From the human T2T-CHM13v2.0 reference genome, Homo sapiens, in NCBI RefSeq assembly GCF_009914755.1, contig NC_060947.1: a stretch of 64,000 nucleotides of DNA; one strand, written 5' to 3'. Positions 1 to 11,813 of this stretch are shown here, piece by piece. A model generated the notes under the pieces. The model was not told where the DNA came from, did not search any database, and saw only the letters and a program-made list of their open reading frames with translations. The first letter of the stretch is position 1; every line of letters starts with the position of its first letter. A program made the position numbers and the translations under genes.

Positions 1-189
<189 letters not shown>

Positions 190-338
190 TAATCTGCACA
201 TATTTTCTACCATCATGTAGGCTTTCTTTTTAAGTTTCCTTTGCTGTGCAAAAGTATTTTAGTTTGATATAATCCTATTTGTCTATTTTTGTTGTTGTTG
301 TTTGTACTTTTGAGGTCTTGATTTAAAAATCTCTGCCC

Positions 339-505
339 AGAATGATGGTTTCCGGCTTCATCCATGTCCCTACAAAGGACATGAACTCATCCTTTTTTAT
401 GGCTGCATAGTATTCCATGGTGTACATGTGCCACATTTTCTTAATCCAGTCTATCATTGATGGACATTTGGGTTGGTTCCAAGTCTTTGCTATTGTGAAC
501 AGTGC
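339..505 (-). mobile_element. Young L1PA internal fragment (ORF2 C-terminus), no poly(A), no TSD
   Basis: Translates to [25 protein letters not shown]; far less diverged than the surrounding L1. Confidence 0.85.
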
Positions 506-1614
506 ATTCCTTTGTAATTTGGATGCCTTTTCTTTCTTTCTCTTGCATAATTGCTCTGGCTGGGTCATCCAGTACTATGTTGAATAGATGTGGTAACAGA
601 GGGCAGCCTTGTCTTTTTCCTGATCTTAGAAAAAAAAGCTTTCAACTTTTCCTCATTCAGTATGATGTTAGCTATGAGTTTGTCATGTATGGTCTTTACT
701 GTGTTGAAGGACTTTCTATACTTAATTTGGTCAGAGTTTTTTTCATTAAGGTATGTTAAATGTTGTCAACTGCTTTTTCTGTGTCTATTGAAATGATCAT
801 ATAGATTTTTGTCTTTCCATTACTATGGTTTAATCACATTCATCAATTTTTGTATGTTAAAGGACCTCCCTGCATCTTTCACTTGATCATAGTGAATGAT
901 CTTTTTAATGGGCTGTTGGGTTTGGTTTGCTACTATTTTGATGAGACTTTTTCATATATGTTCATCAGGGACATTGACCAGTAATTTTCTTTTTTAGTTG
1001 TGTCTTTGTCCAGTTTTGGATTCAAGGTAATTCTGGCCTCATAAAATGAGTTCAAAAGTATTCCCTCCCATTTGATTTTCTAGAATAGTTTGAGGAAAAT
1101 TGGTATTGTTTCTTCTTTAAATATTTGATAGAATTCATCAAAGAAGCAATCAGGTTTTGAGCTTTTCTTTAATGAAATGCATTTTATTCCTGATTCATTT
1201 TTCTCACTCATTGTTGGTCTGTTCTGGCTATCTATTTCTTGATAATTTAATCTTGATAGGTTGTATGTGTGCAGAAATTTATCCATTTCTTCTATCTCAT
1301 CAAACTTATTGACATATGGTTGTTCATAATAATTTCTTATGACCTTTTGTATATCTGCAGTATCAATTGCAGTGTCTTCATTCTCATCTTTCCAATTTCA
1401 TTGATTTAAATATTCTTTTTTTCTTAGTCAAGCTAAAGGCTTGTTAATTTTTCTAATTTTTGAAAGACCCAACTCTTTATTTCATTGATCTTTGAATTAT
1501 ATTTTTAGTCTTTAATGTATTTTCTCTCTGAGTTTTCTAATTTCCTTCCTGTTATCAATTTTGGGTGTAGTTTGCTTTTGTTTTCCTAGTTACTTGAGGG
1601 TGTTGATTGCAAAT

Positions 1615-1969
1615 TAATATGGATAGGCTTTGTGTTCCCACCCAAATCTCATTTTGAATTGTAATCCCCAGGTGTTGAGGAAGGAACCTATTGGGAGGTG
1701 ATCGGATCATGGGAGAAGTTTCTCCCATTCTGATCTTGTGATAGTGAGTGAGTTCTCATGAGATCTGATGGTTTTATAAGTGCTTGAAAGTTTCTGCCCC
1801 TGCCACCGTGTGACAACGGTCCTTTCTGCCTGCTTCCCCTTCTGCCATAATTGTAAGTTTCCTGAGGTCTCCCCAGCCATGTGGAACTGTGAGTCAATTA
1901 AACTTCTTTCTTTATAGATTACCCAGTCTTGGGTGTTTATTTATAGCAGTGCAAAAATGGACTAATGCA
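1615..1969 (+). mobile_element. THE1 (THE1D-like) MaLR solo LTR
   Basis: taatatggataggctttgtgttcccacccaaatctc ... ttatagcagtgcaaaaatggactaatgca. Confidence 0.85.
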
Positions 1970-2207
1970 AAAATGTCTCTTCTTTTTTTAATGCAGGCAT
2001 TTGTTGTCATAAATTTTTATTTTAGAACTGCTTTTGCTGTGTCCCATAGGTTTTAGTATGATATGCTTATTTTCTTTTTTGTTGCAAAGAAATTTTTAAT
2101 TTCACTTTAAATTATTTCATTGACTCATTTTTACATTAAATTTCAAAGATTTTATTGTTTATAGTTTATACTATTGTGATAATTAATAGACAATTGCTAT
2201 GATCTTT

Positions 2208-2722
2208 TAAATTTAACTTTTATTTTAAGTTCAGCAGTAAATGTGCAGGTTTGTTATATAGGTAAACTTGTGTCACAGGTGTTTTTTATACAGATTATTT
2301 CAGCACCCAGGTATTAAGCCGAGTACCTATTAGTTACTTTTCCCAATCCTCTACCTCCTCTAACCCTCCACCCTCCAATAGGCCCCAACGTGTGTTGTTT
2401 CCCTCTGTGTGTCCATGTGTTCTCATAATCTAGCTACTACTTGTAAGTGGGAACTTATGGTATTTGATTTTCTGTTCCTAGATTATTTTGCCAAGGATAA
2501 TGGCCTCCAGCTCTATTCATGTTCCTGCAAAGGACATAATCTCATTCTTTTTCATAGCTGCATAGTATCCAATGGTGTGTTTGTACCACATTTTCTTTAT
2601 TCAGTCTGCCATTGATAGGCATTTAGCATGATTTCATGTCTTTGCTATTGTGAATAGTGCTACGGTGAATATATGTGTGAAAATGTCTCCATAACAAAAC
2701 AATTTCTATTCCTTTGGATATA
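2208..2722 (-). mobile_element. L1PA13-16-like 3' end
   Basis: tttaacttttattttaagttcag...gtttgttatataggtaaacttgtgtca is an antisense L1 3' UTR. Confidence 0.8.
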
Positions 2723-3503
2723 CAATATGGTTAGGCTTTGTTTCCTGACCCAAATCTCGTCTTGAATTGTAATCCCTAGGTGTTGAAAGAGAGACCTTTT
2801 GGGAGGTGCTTGAATTATGGCAGGCAGCTTCCCCCATTCTGTTCTCATAATAGTGAGTTCTCATGAGATCTGATGGTTTTATAAGGGGCTCTTCCCGCTT
2901 CACTTCTTCACATGCTCTCTCTCACCCGCTGCAATTTAAGACATGCCTGCTTCTGCTTCCACCATGATTTGTAAGTTTACTGAGGACTACCCAGCCATGC
3001 AGAGCTGTGAGTCAAACTGCCTTCCTTTATAAACTACTCAGTCTGCGGTAGTTCTTTACAGCAGTGTGAAATGGACTAATGCGGTAAACTGGTACCACAG
3101 AGAGTGGGATACCACTATAGAGATACCTGAAAATGTGGAAGTGACTTTGGAACTGGGTAACGGGCAGAGGCTAGAATAGTTTGGAGGGCTCAAAAGAAAA
3201 CAGGAAGATGTTGGAAAGTGTGAATTTTCCTGGAGACTTGTTGAATGGTTTTGACCAAACTACTGATAATGATGTGGACAATAAAGTCCAGGCTGAGGTG
3301 GTCTCAGATGGAGATGAGGAACTTGTTGGGAACTGAAGCAAAGGTCACTCTTGCTATGCTTTAGCAAAAAGATTGGAGGCATTTTGCCCCTGCCCTAGAG
3401 TTCTGTAGAACTTTGAACTGAAGAGAGATGATCTGAAATTGGAACTTATCTTTAAAAGGGAAGCAGAGCGTAAAAGTTTGGAAAATTTGTAGCCTGATAA
3501 AAA
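2723..3503 (+). mobile_element. THE1 LTR (2723-3083) plus truncated THE1 internal sequence
   Basis: LTR ends ggactaatgc; followed by gtaaactggtacc...tacctgaaaatgtggaagtgactttggaactggg (THE1-int 5' end). Confidence 0.85.
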
Positions 3504-3509
3504 CATTCA

Positions 3510-3954
3510 GCTCAGCTTCTGTATTTTCCCTCTGCCCACTAATTGTGCTTTCCCTCTGAATATGGCTGAAACTGGTTGGAATCAATGTGGCCAACTGGAC
3601 TGTATGCAGAACAAGCCTGCTAACATCACAGTCCAAATTTCCACTGCTTGTTCTATACTAACTCCCCAGAAGTGCCACATGTAACATGTGAGATATGAAC
3701 AGATAACTGTGAATGCCCAAGGGGTTTTCAGACCTCTTCTTTTCTTCCACTAGTTACCTGCCAATCCCAGAATCCACCCCCTAAACCTTTTCTGGAAAAA
3801 AAATGCCTTTAAGCCAGCACAAGGAGACCAATTTAAGTGGAACTCTGACCTTCTTATTGGTTGGCTCACAATAAAAGTCTTACTTTCCTCGAAAATCCAG
3901 TGTAACAGTATTGGTTCTAGCACATCAGGTAGTAAGCCTTTTTGCTTGGTAACA
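3510..3954 (+). mobile_element. ERVL-class LTR 3' part (LTR47/MER54-like)
   Basis: caataaaag poly(A) signal then gtattggttctagcacatcaggtagtaagcctttttgcttggtaaca LTR-type terminus. Confidence 0.5.
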
Positions 3955-5299
3955 GTTATCATGAGTCCAATGTAATGTGTCTTTTGGTTATAATAGACTA
4001 TTTTAAACTTATAGTAACTGGGAAACTTACCTTTTCCCCATAGGGAGAAGGTCTCCTTACTCTGAGCCATTCCCAGCAGGGGAGACAGTGTGGCAGAGGC
4101 AGAATCCCTTGCTCCTCTTTCTGTGGTCCTCCCCCGCGTTCTGTGCTCTAGATGGGATTTTATCATCGCTCTTGTGCTCTCTGGCATACTTCTTTAGTCA
4201 CTATAGTTGAAATATAATTGTTTATTCATTGTTTTGGTTTCTTTCTGTTGGGGGGATGAACACCAGGTAACTCTGTACATCTTGCTGATGTCACCTGTGA
4301 TGGTTCTGTCATTTTTATTCCTTTATTCATGGGTATGTTTATTCCTATGGTTGTGAATTCTTCATAAAAGTCTGAAAATATTTTAATCATCTCAATCTCA
4401 GTTATTTATTTTAAAACAATGCTTGTAAATAGGGAATGAAAGCTTTATGCACATAGATAATCACTGCAACGCTATTTGAAATATAAAACAATATTTAAAA
4501 TTGTCTAAGAATAGAAAGTTAGAAGTAACTCATGACACATGTACTGAAAATACTGTGTGCCTATTTTGGTAATATTTATAAAGAATTTAAGAGCATAGGA
4601 ACAATACAATTTATTTGGTGTTACGTGAAAATGAAAAATACATCTGTATGCTTTATGAGCATGAAATAGAAAATGTTTAAATAATAATAGTAATAAACCA
4701 GTAAAAAAAAATATAGTTGCTTTTGGCAATAGACTATTGATGATATTTTTTCTTCCAAATATTATAATGTTTCTTATTTACAATTTTTCTGTAATGAGTA
4801 TGTCTTACTACAGAATAGAAAAAAAACAATGTTATTTAAATATCGCTTTTCAATAAGCCTTTGAAAGACTTCTTTCTTTTCTGTGAATCAAATAAAAAAT
4901 AAATAAATGATACAACTCCTTCTCTTCCTTTTTCTCTCCTTTGCCTCTTCCTTCTTATCTTCTTTGCTTCAGGTTGACGATAAATTCAGTTTGACATTAA
5001 TTAAAAGCCACAAATGGTGGAATAAATGCATTCTATTATGTTATTTTTTATCTGATGACTAAAATTTCACTTTTCCACCAGCTATTTTGGTACCATGCAG
5101 ACATAGCTATTATATACCCAAAGATGAGGGAGTTGCTTTGTATTATTATGCATATTTTTATAACAAAAATTAATTCTTATTCTTTTATATACCATGTTTA
5201 AATTTAGGCTTTTTTCCATAAAATGTAATTAACTGTAGCCAACGTCTTACAAATTTCTATTATTACTGTGTGAAAATAGCTGCCATTTAGTGAGAAGCA

Positions 5300-6065
5300 T
5301 CATCATCTTTATCTACTATTTATTGAGTAGTTTCACAACTAGACTACTGCAATTGCCTTCTAACTAGTCTTCTTGCTTTCACCATTGCCATGAAACAGTC
5401 TATTCTCAATAAGTATTAGGGGTGATTCTGTAACATGTCTTAAAGAGTGTCAGATTACATTATTCATCTTCTTCAAAACCCCTTAATGACTGTCCACCTC
5501 AGTCAGAGTAAAAACCAAAGTTTTTACAGCCAACTTCAAGATGTTTTATGACGAGATCCAATTACCTTCTTTGACCTAATCGCCTGCTTTTCCTCCCTTT
5601 TTCTCCCTCCACTAAGGTCAGCTGACTACAGCCATGGTGGTCCTTGAACTTTCTGAAGACCTTAAGGGTATTCTTGTTTTAAGGTCTTTCTGGTCCTTAC
5701 ATTTGCTGTTTCCTCATCCTGGTATGCTCTACCCAGTTCAACACGTGGCTTGTTTCCTCATTTTCTTTAAGGTGTGTATCCAGTTATCACAGTATCAAAG
5801 CAGCCTTTCCTCATCACTTCACATAAATAGGACACCCTATCTCATGCAGCACTTTTGACCAACACCTCTTCCCTGATTTACATACAGTACATCACCTGCT
5901 GACACACTACATATTTTAATTGTGTTGTGTTTGCTTAGTGTTGTCTTCCTCACTAGAAGGTAAGCTGCATGAATTTATAGGCATCATTTTGTTCACTGCT
6001 GTATCTTCAGCACCCTAGAATAACGTCTGATATGCAGTAGGTGCTTGGTAAATTCTTGCTAAAGA
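5300..6065 (+). mobile_element. L2 3' end
   Basis: ctagactactgcaattgccttctaactagtc ... cactgctgtatcttcagcaccctagaa...gtaggtgcttggtaaa. Confidence 0.75.
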
Positions 6066-6109
6066 AAAAAAAAAAGAAGGAAGGATGGAAGGAAGGAAGG
6101 AAAACTTTA

Positions 6110-6275
6110 TATAGACAATCTCATTTAAATCCCTTAATAACTTTGTAAGGCAGATAATATCATTATTCCTATACACATGAGAAAATTGAAGTTGAGAAAG
6201 TTTGTTATCTCAGTCAAAATCATGTACCTTGTAGATAACAGAGCTGGGACTAAAACCCAAGTTTTTCTCTCAGCA
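6110..6275 (-). mobile_element. MIR
   Basis: antisense MIR core: catgagaaaattgaagttgagaaag...cagagctgggactaaaacccaag. Confidence 0.65.
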
Positions 6276-6556
6276 TAGTCCACTCTTTTCATCCTCATGA
6301 TTCACAATTTACATTCACAAACATAAAAGGATGCTGGTATTTGATATTAACCTCATCCAGGGTTGGGCTACTGAAACTGATTTATGCTCTCAAAGTACAT
6401 TGAACAAACTCCCACGGGGCCAGAGCCGGAAAGAACTCTATCTGGGAATCTTTGAAAACATCTCTGAGCCTCATCCTCCTTATCTGTAAAATGTGGTCCA
6501 TGTAGAAATCAGTGTCTAAACTCCCTTTTCACTCTAACATTTTAGGACTCATTCCT

Positions 6557-7208
6557 TCCACTCATTCCCCTTAAATAAAACATCTCGATGGATTAGTGAC
6601 GAATTCGCTGATGATCACTCCCAGGAGCACTGTCATGCATTTGGTATTTTTAAAATTTGGAGATGTCATGATTCAGCATGGCAGGAATCTGAACCCAGCC
6701 AACTGGGTTGTAGCTAGACTTACATTGAATATTAAGAGACAGCATTTACAACCTCAAGGTGCTAATTCATTCATGCATGAAAAACATAATGATAATAAGA
6801 TGCATATTTATGCAAGTTCACACACATTCATGCACATTCACACACATTTTTCTCTAAACATGTATATGATTAACTCCACAACCCCCCCTCGACCCACCTA
6901 TTCCTGTACTAATCTAATTTTATTAGAGATAAGCTATTATTTTTGCTAAACCCCCAAAACAAGAAATCTACATCATTAATTACAGCCAGGGTCCACAACC
7001 CAAACCCAATTATAATCTCAACTACAAACAAATTTTAGTCCAACGCTCAATTAACTTAATTTCAAAAATGCATAATTGTTAATAAAACTAGGTTTTCTGA
7101 GCTAGAAAGGGCACTTAATTATTTATAAGGTTACTAAATATTGCCCCAATACTAGCATAGCATTTCAACCCTTCATTTTTGAGTGAGAAGGAAATTCTCT
7201 AGATCTGA
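6557..7208 (+). pseudogene. NUMT control region (central domain end, CSB1, CSB2, CSB3)
   Basis: ttccccttaaataaaacatctcgatgg; CSB1-like attcatgcatgaaaaacataa ~6768; CSB2-like caaccccccctc ~6879; CSB3-like tgctaaacccccaaaacaaga ~6944. Confidence 0.85.
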
Positions 7209-7279
7209 GTTAATGCAGCTTAATAGGTCAAAGCAAGGCACTGAAAATGCCTGAATGAGTCCACATTACTCCTTGAATA
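7209..7279 (+). pseudogene. mt-tRNA-Phe pseudogene
   Basis: gttaatgcagcttaa...aaagcaaggcactGAAaatgcct. Confidence 0.9.
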
Positions 7280-8201
7280 TAAAGGCTTGGCCTTAATGGT
7301 TTCTGGTAAGATTACACATTCAAGTTTAAACATTCCAGTGATAATGTCCTCTAGATCATCTAGTATCAAAAGGAGCATGCATCAAGCACGCAGCTCATAA
7401 TAGCTGGCTCAACCACACCTCCGCAAGAAACAGCAGTGATAAAAACGAAACAATAAATGAAAGTTTGACTAAGCAATACTAAGCCTCTAGGGTTGGTAAA
7501 TTTCATGCTAGCCACCGTGGTCATACAATTTACCCAAGCTAATAAAACCTGGTTAAACGTGTGTTTAAGATAACCCTCATAATATAGTTAAACTAAGTTG
7601 TAAAAAGCTGCAGTTAAAATAAAAATAAACTATGAAAGTGACTTTATTGCCCTGAGGACATGATAGCTAAGGCCCAAACTGGGATGAGATACCCCACTAT
7701 GCTTAGCTATAAACTCAAATAATTTAACAAACAAAATTATTCACCAGAGTATGACAAGCAATAGCTTAAAACTCAAAGGACATGGCGGTGCTTTACATCC
7801 CTCTAGAGGACCCTGTTCTATAATTGATAAACCCTGATATTCCCTTCCATCTCTTGCCACATACCCTATATACCATCATCTTCAGCTAAAAAGGTCTTAA
7901 AGTAAGCACAAGTATTAAAATGTTAGATCAAGGTGTAGCCCATGAGATGGAAAGAAATGGGCCACATTTTCTAAATCTAGAACACCCATGACAACCCTCG
8001 TGAAACTTAAAGGTCAAAGGAGGATTTAGTAGTAAATCAAGAATAGAGATCTTGATCGAATAAAAACATGAAGCACTCACACACTTCCCATCACCCTCCT
8101 CAAATATTTCTATCAACCATCTAAATAACGTAAACTTATACATATATAGAGGAGATAAGTTGTAACAAGATAAGTGTACTGGAAAATGCACTTGGAATAA
8201 C
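7280..8201 (+). pseudogene. mt 12S rRNA pseudogene
   Basis: gctagccaccgtggtcatac; aaactgggatgagataccccactatgctt; aaactcaaaggacatggcggtgcttta; taagtgtactggaaaatgcacttgg. Confidence 0.95.
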
Positions 8202-8269
8202 CAAAATGTAGCTCAACTCAAAGCATCCGGCTTACACCCAGAAGATTTCATATGACCTGACCTCTTTGG
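8202..8269 (+). pseudogene. mt-tRNA-Val pseudogene
   Basis: caaaatgtagctcaac...aaagcatccggctTACacccagaagatttca. Confidence 0.85.
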
Positions 8270-8878
8270 ACTAATGCTATCCCTTGCCTCAGCAAACTAT
8301 ATTACAAACACCTGCTAAACCAAAACATTTACCCGTGACAGAAGCATAGGAGATAGAAATTAACTTATTTAGGCACTATAGATAAAGTACCATAAGGGAA
8401 AGATGAAAGAATTATCCCAATTACAAAAAGGCAAAGCTAATCCCTTGTACCTTTTGCATAATGAATCAACTAGCATAGTTTTACAAAAAGAACTTCAGCT
8501 AAAAATCCTGAAACGAGATGAGCTACTCACGGACAGTCAAAAGAACACACTCATCTATGTATAAAAATAATGAGACAATATATGGGTAGAGACGAAAGGC
8601 CTACCAAGCCTGGTGATAGCTGGTTGTCCAAGATAGAATTGAAATTCAACTTTAAATTTACCTACAGAACCACCTAATCCTATTGTTAAGTTTAATTGTT
8701 AGTTTAAAGGGGGACAGCTCTTTAGACATAGGAAATAAACTTGCACAAGAATAAGATACTAAAGTCCTTTAGTTGGCCTAAAAGCAGCAACCAACTAAGA
8801 AAGCATTTAAGCTCAACATTTAAAAACCCTAATTTTAAACAATACATCTAACTCTTAACACTATATTGAATGAATCTA

Positions 8879-8935
8879 TTAGGTCGGTGCAAAAGTAATT
8901 GCGGCAAAACCACAAATACTTTTGCACCGACCTAA
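8879..8935. mobile_element. MADE1 (Hsmar1 mariner MITE), internally deleted
   Basis: TIRs ttaggtcggtgcaaaagtaattgcgg / ccacaaatacttttgcaccgacctaa, flanked by TA on both sides. Confidence 0.92.
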
Positions 8936-9395
8936 TAGATTGGTCCAGTATAGTGTTTCTAAATATTTCTAAGCTGAAGAAATGCTGTTAACGTAAGTAA
9001 CAAAAAATAATTCCTCTTGCATAAGCTTACATGAGACTGGAAAATCCACTAATATTTAACAACCCAATATAAGTAATCAGATGACAAACTATTATTCCAA
9101 CTGTTAGCCCAACACAAACATGCATTAAGGAAAGATTTTTTAAAAAGTAAAAGGAACTCAGCAAAAGGAAACCCGTCTTGTTTACCAAAAACATCACCTC
9201 TAGCATTACTAGTACCAGAGGCAATGCCTACCCAGTGACGTATGTTTAAGGGCTGCGGTATCTTGACCATGCAAAGGTAGCCTAATCAGTTTTTCCCCAA
9301 ATAGGGACCTGTATGAATGGCCACAAGAGGGTCTGATTGTCTCTTACCTTTAGTCAATGAAATTGACCTACCCATGAAGAGGCAGAAATACTTTA

Positions 9396-9706
<311 letters not shown>

Positions 9707-10246
9707 CAGAAATACTAAAATAAGATGAGAAGACTCTATGGAGCTTCAATTTATTAGGACAAATGAACTTAGAAAAAATAAAACTTACAAGTCTTAATAT
9801 TTTATCTAATGAAAGAAATATTTTGATTGGGGTGACCTTGGATAATAACACAAGCTCCAAAATGACTTTAGCTAAGACTGCACTAGTCAAAGTAACGTAT
9901 CATACATTGACACAAATAGTTTGACCAACTGAGCAAGTTACCCTAGGGATAACAACACGATCCTATTCTAGAGTCCATATTGACTATAGGGTTTACGATC
10001 TCGATGTTGGATGAGGACATCCTAATGGTGTAACTGCTATTAATGGTTCATTTGTTTTACTAAAGTCCTACGTAATCTGAGTTTAGTCCAGAGTCATACA
10101 GGTTGGTTTCTATCTATTCAATATTTCTCCTGGTACAAGAGGACAAGAGAAATAAAGTCTGCTGCAAAAAGGGCCCTCCATTTAATAGATGATATTATCT
10201 TAATCTAATACACTATTACTACACTCTGCCCAAGAAAAAAAGGTTT

Positions 10247-10323
10247 GTTAAGATTGCAGAGCCCAGCAGTTGCATAAAACTTAAAACTGCATAATCAGAG
10301 GTTCAATTCCTCTTTTTATTAAC
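10247..10323 (+). pseudogene. mt-tRNA-Leu(UUR) pseudogene
   Basis: gttaagattgcagagccc...aaaactTAAaac...cagaggttcaattcctct. Confidence 0.9.
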
Positions 10324-11239
10324 ATGTTTGTAATCAACCTTCTTCTACTTATTATCCCTGCCATCCTCACAATAGCATTCTTAACATTGATTGAAGTAAA
10401 AATTTTAGGTTACATACAACTTCGTAAAGATCCCAACATTGTAGGCCCATTTGGCCTACTCCAACCCTTTGCAGATGCAATTAAACTGTTCATTAAAGAA
10501 CCATTACAACAACTAACATCATCTATTCCCCTTTACATTATTGCTCCAACCCTTGTGCTCATCATATAGATCCGCCTCCCCATACCTTACCCCTTGGTTA
10601 ATGTAAATATAGGAGTATTATTCATCTTGGCCACATCAAGCCTAGTCGTCTACTCAATCCTATCATCAGAATGAGCATCCAATTCAAAATATGCCTTGAT
10701 CGGCACATTGCAAGCTGTAGCGCAAACAATTTTATACGAAGTTACCCTGGCCATTACTATAAGTCCTTTTGCAGAGTAGGTATTTCACCTGGTCAACTCT
10801 TATTATTACACTAGAGTTTGTCATGATCCCTGTCCATGACTAATCTCAACCCTAGCAGAAACCAATGAAGTCCATTTGATTTAACAGAAGGTGAATGAAA
10901 GCTAGTCTCAGGCTTAACATCGAATACACTACAGGCCCATTTCCTGTATTCTTCATAGCAGAATATACTAATATTATTATAATAAACACCCTAACCACTA
11001 TCATTTTTCTAGGAGCATTACATGATATCTTCATACCAGAATTATATACAATTAGTTTCATTACTAAAACTGTTCTATTAACAACCCTCTTCCTATGAAT
11101 TCAAGCATCATACCTATGATTCCAATATGACCAACTTATACAACTCTTAATGAAAAAGATTTCTATCTCTTACACTAGCGTTATGCGTATGACACCTTTC
11201 AGTGCCCATCGTAATATCTAGTATCCTGCCACAAACATA
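10324..11239 (+). pseudogene. MT-ND1 pseudogene (frameshifted)
   Basis: [56 protein letters not shown]; later [21 protein letters not shown] in another frame. Confidence 0.95.
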
Positions 11240-11308
11240 AGAAATATGTCTGATAAAATAGTTATTTTGATAGAGTAAATCATAAAGGTTTAAGCCCTCT
11301 TATTTCTA
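11240..11308 (+). pseudogene. mt-tRNA-Ile pseudogene
   Basis: agaaatatgtctgataaaatagttatttt GAT agagtaaat...cccTcttatttcta. Confidence 0.9.
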
Positions 11309-11377
11309 GAATTATAGGAATTGAATCTACCCCTGAGAATTCAAAATTCTTTGTGCTACCTAATATACCATATCCTA
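11307..11377 (-). pseudogene. mt-tRNA-Gln pseudogene
   Basis: tagaattataggaattgaatctacccctgagaattcaaaattc...ccta between Ile and Met; L-strand encoded. Confidence 0.85.
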
Positions 11378-11378
11378 C

Positions 11379-11813
11379 AGTAAGGCCAGCTAGAAAAGCT
11401 GATATGGTTTGACTGTGTCCCCACCCACATCTCATCTTGAATTATAGTTCCCATAATTCCCACGTCATGGGAGGGACCCAGTAGGAGGTAATTAAATCAT
11501 GGAGGTGGGTCTTTCCTGTATTGTTCTCATGACAGTGAATAAGTCTGACAAAATATGATGGTTTTATAAAGGGGAGTTCCCCGATAGAAGCTCTATTGCC
11601 TGCTACCATGTAAGACATGACTTTGCTCCTCATTCACCTTCTGCCATGATTGTGAGGCCTCCCCAGCCATGTAGAAATGTGAGTCAAATAAACCTTTTCC
11701 TTTATAAATTACCCAGTCTCAAGTATGTCTTTATTAGCAGTGTGAGATCATACTCATATATGATCTATTGGGCCCATACCCTGAAAACGTTGGTTTATAT
11801 GTCTCCTGTACTA
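11379..11813 (+). pseudogene. mt-tRNA-Met pseudogene split by a THE1B LTR
   Basis: agtaaggccagctagaaaagc [LTR] tattgggccCATaccctgaaaacgttggtt...gtacta. Confidence 0.88.
11400..11760 (+). mobile_element. THE1B solo LTR
   Basis: tgatatggtttgactgtgtcccc...aaggggagttcccc...tatgtctttattagcagtgtgag. Confidence 0.9.

Noticed and set aside
339-505. Similarity to the inverted L1 segment at 35371-35540, suggesting local copying
   Set aside because: The copies differ at several sites and this L1 segment is extremely high-copy.
9938-9955. ttaccctagggataac palindrome resembling a homing endonuclease site
   Set aside because: Conserved part of mitochondrial 16S rRNA.
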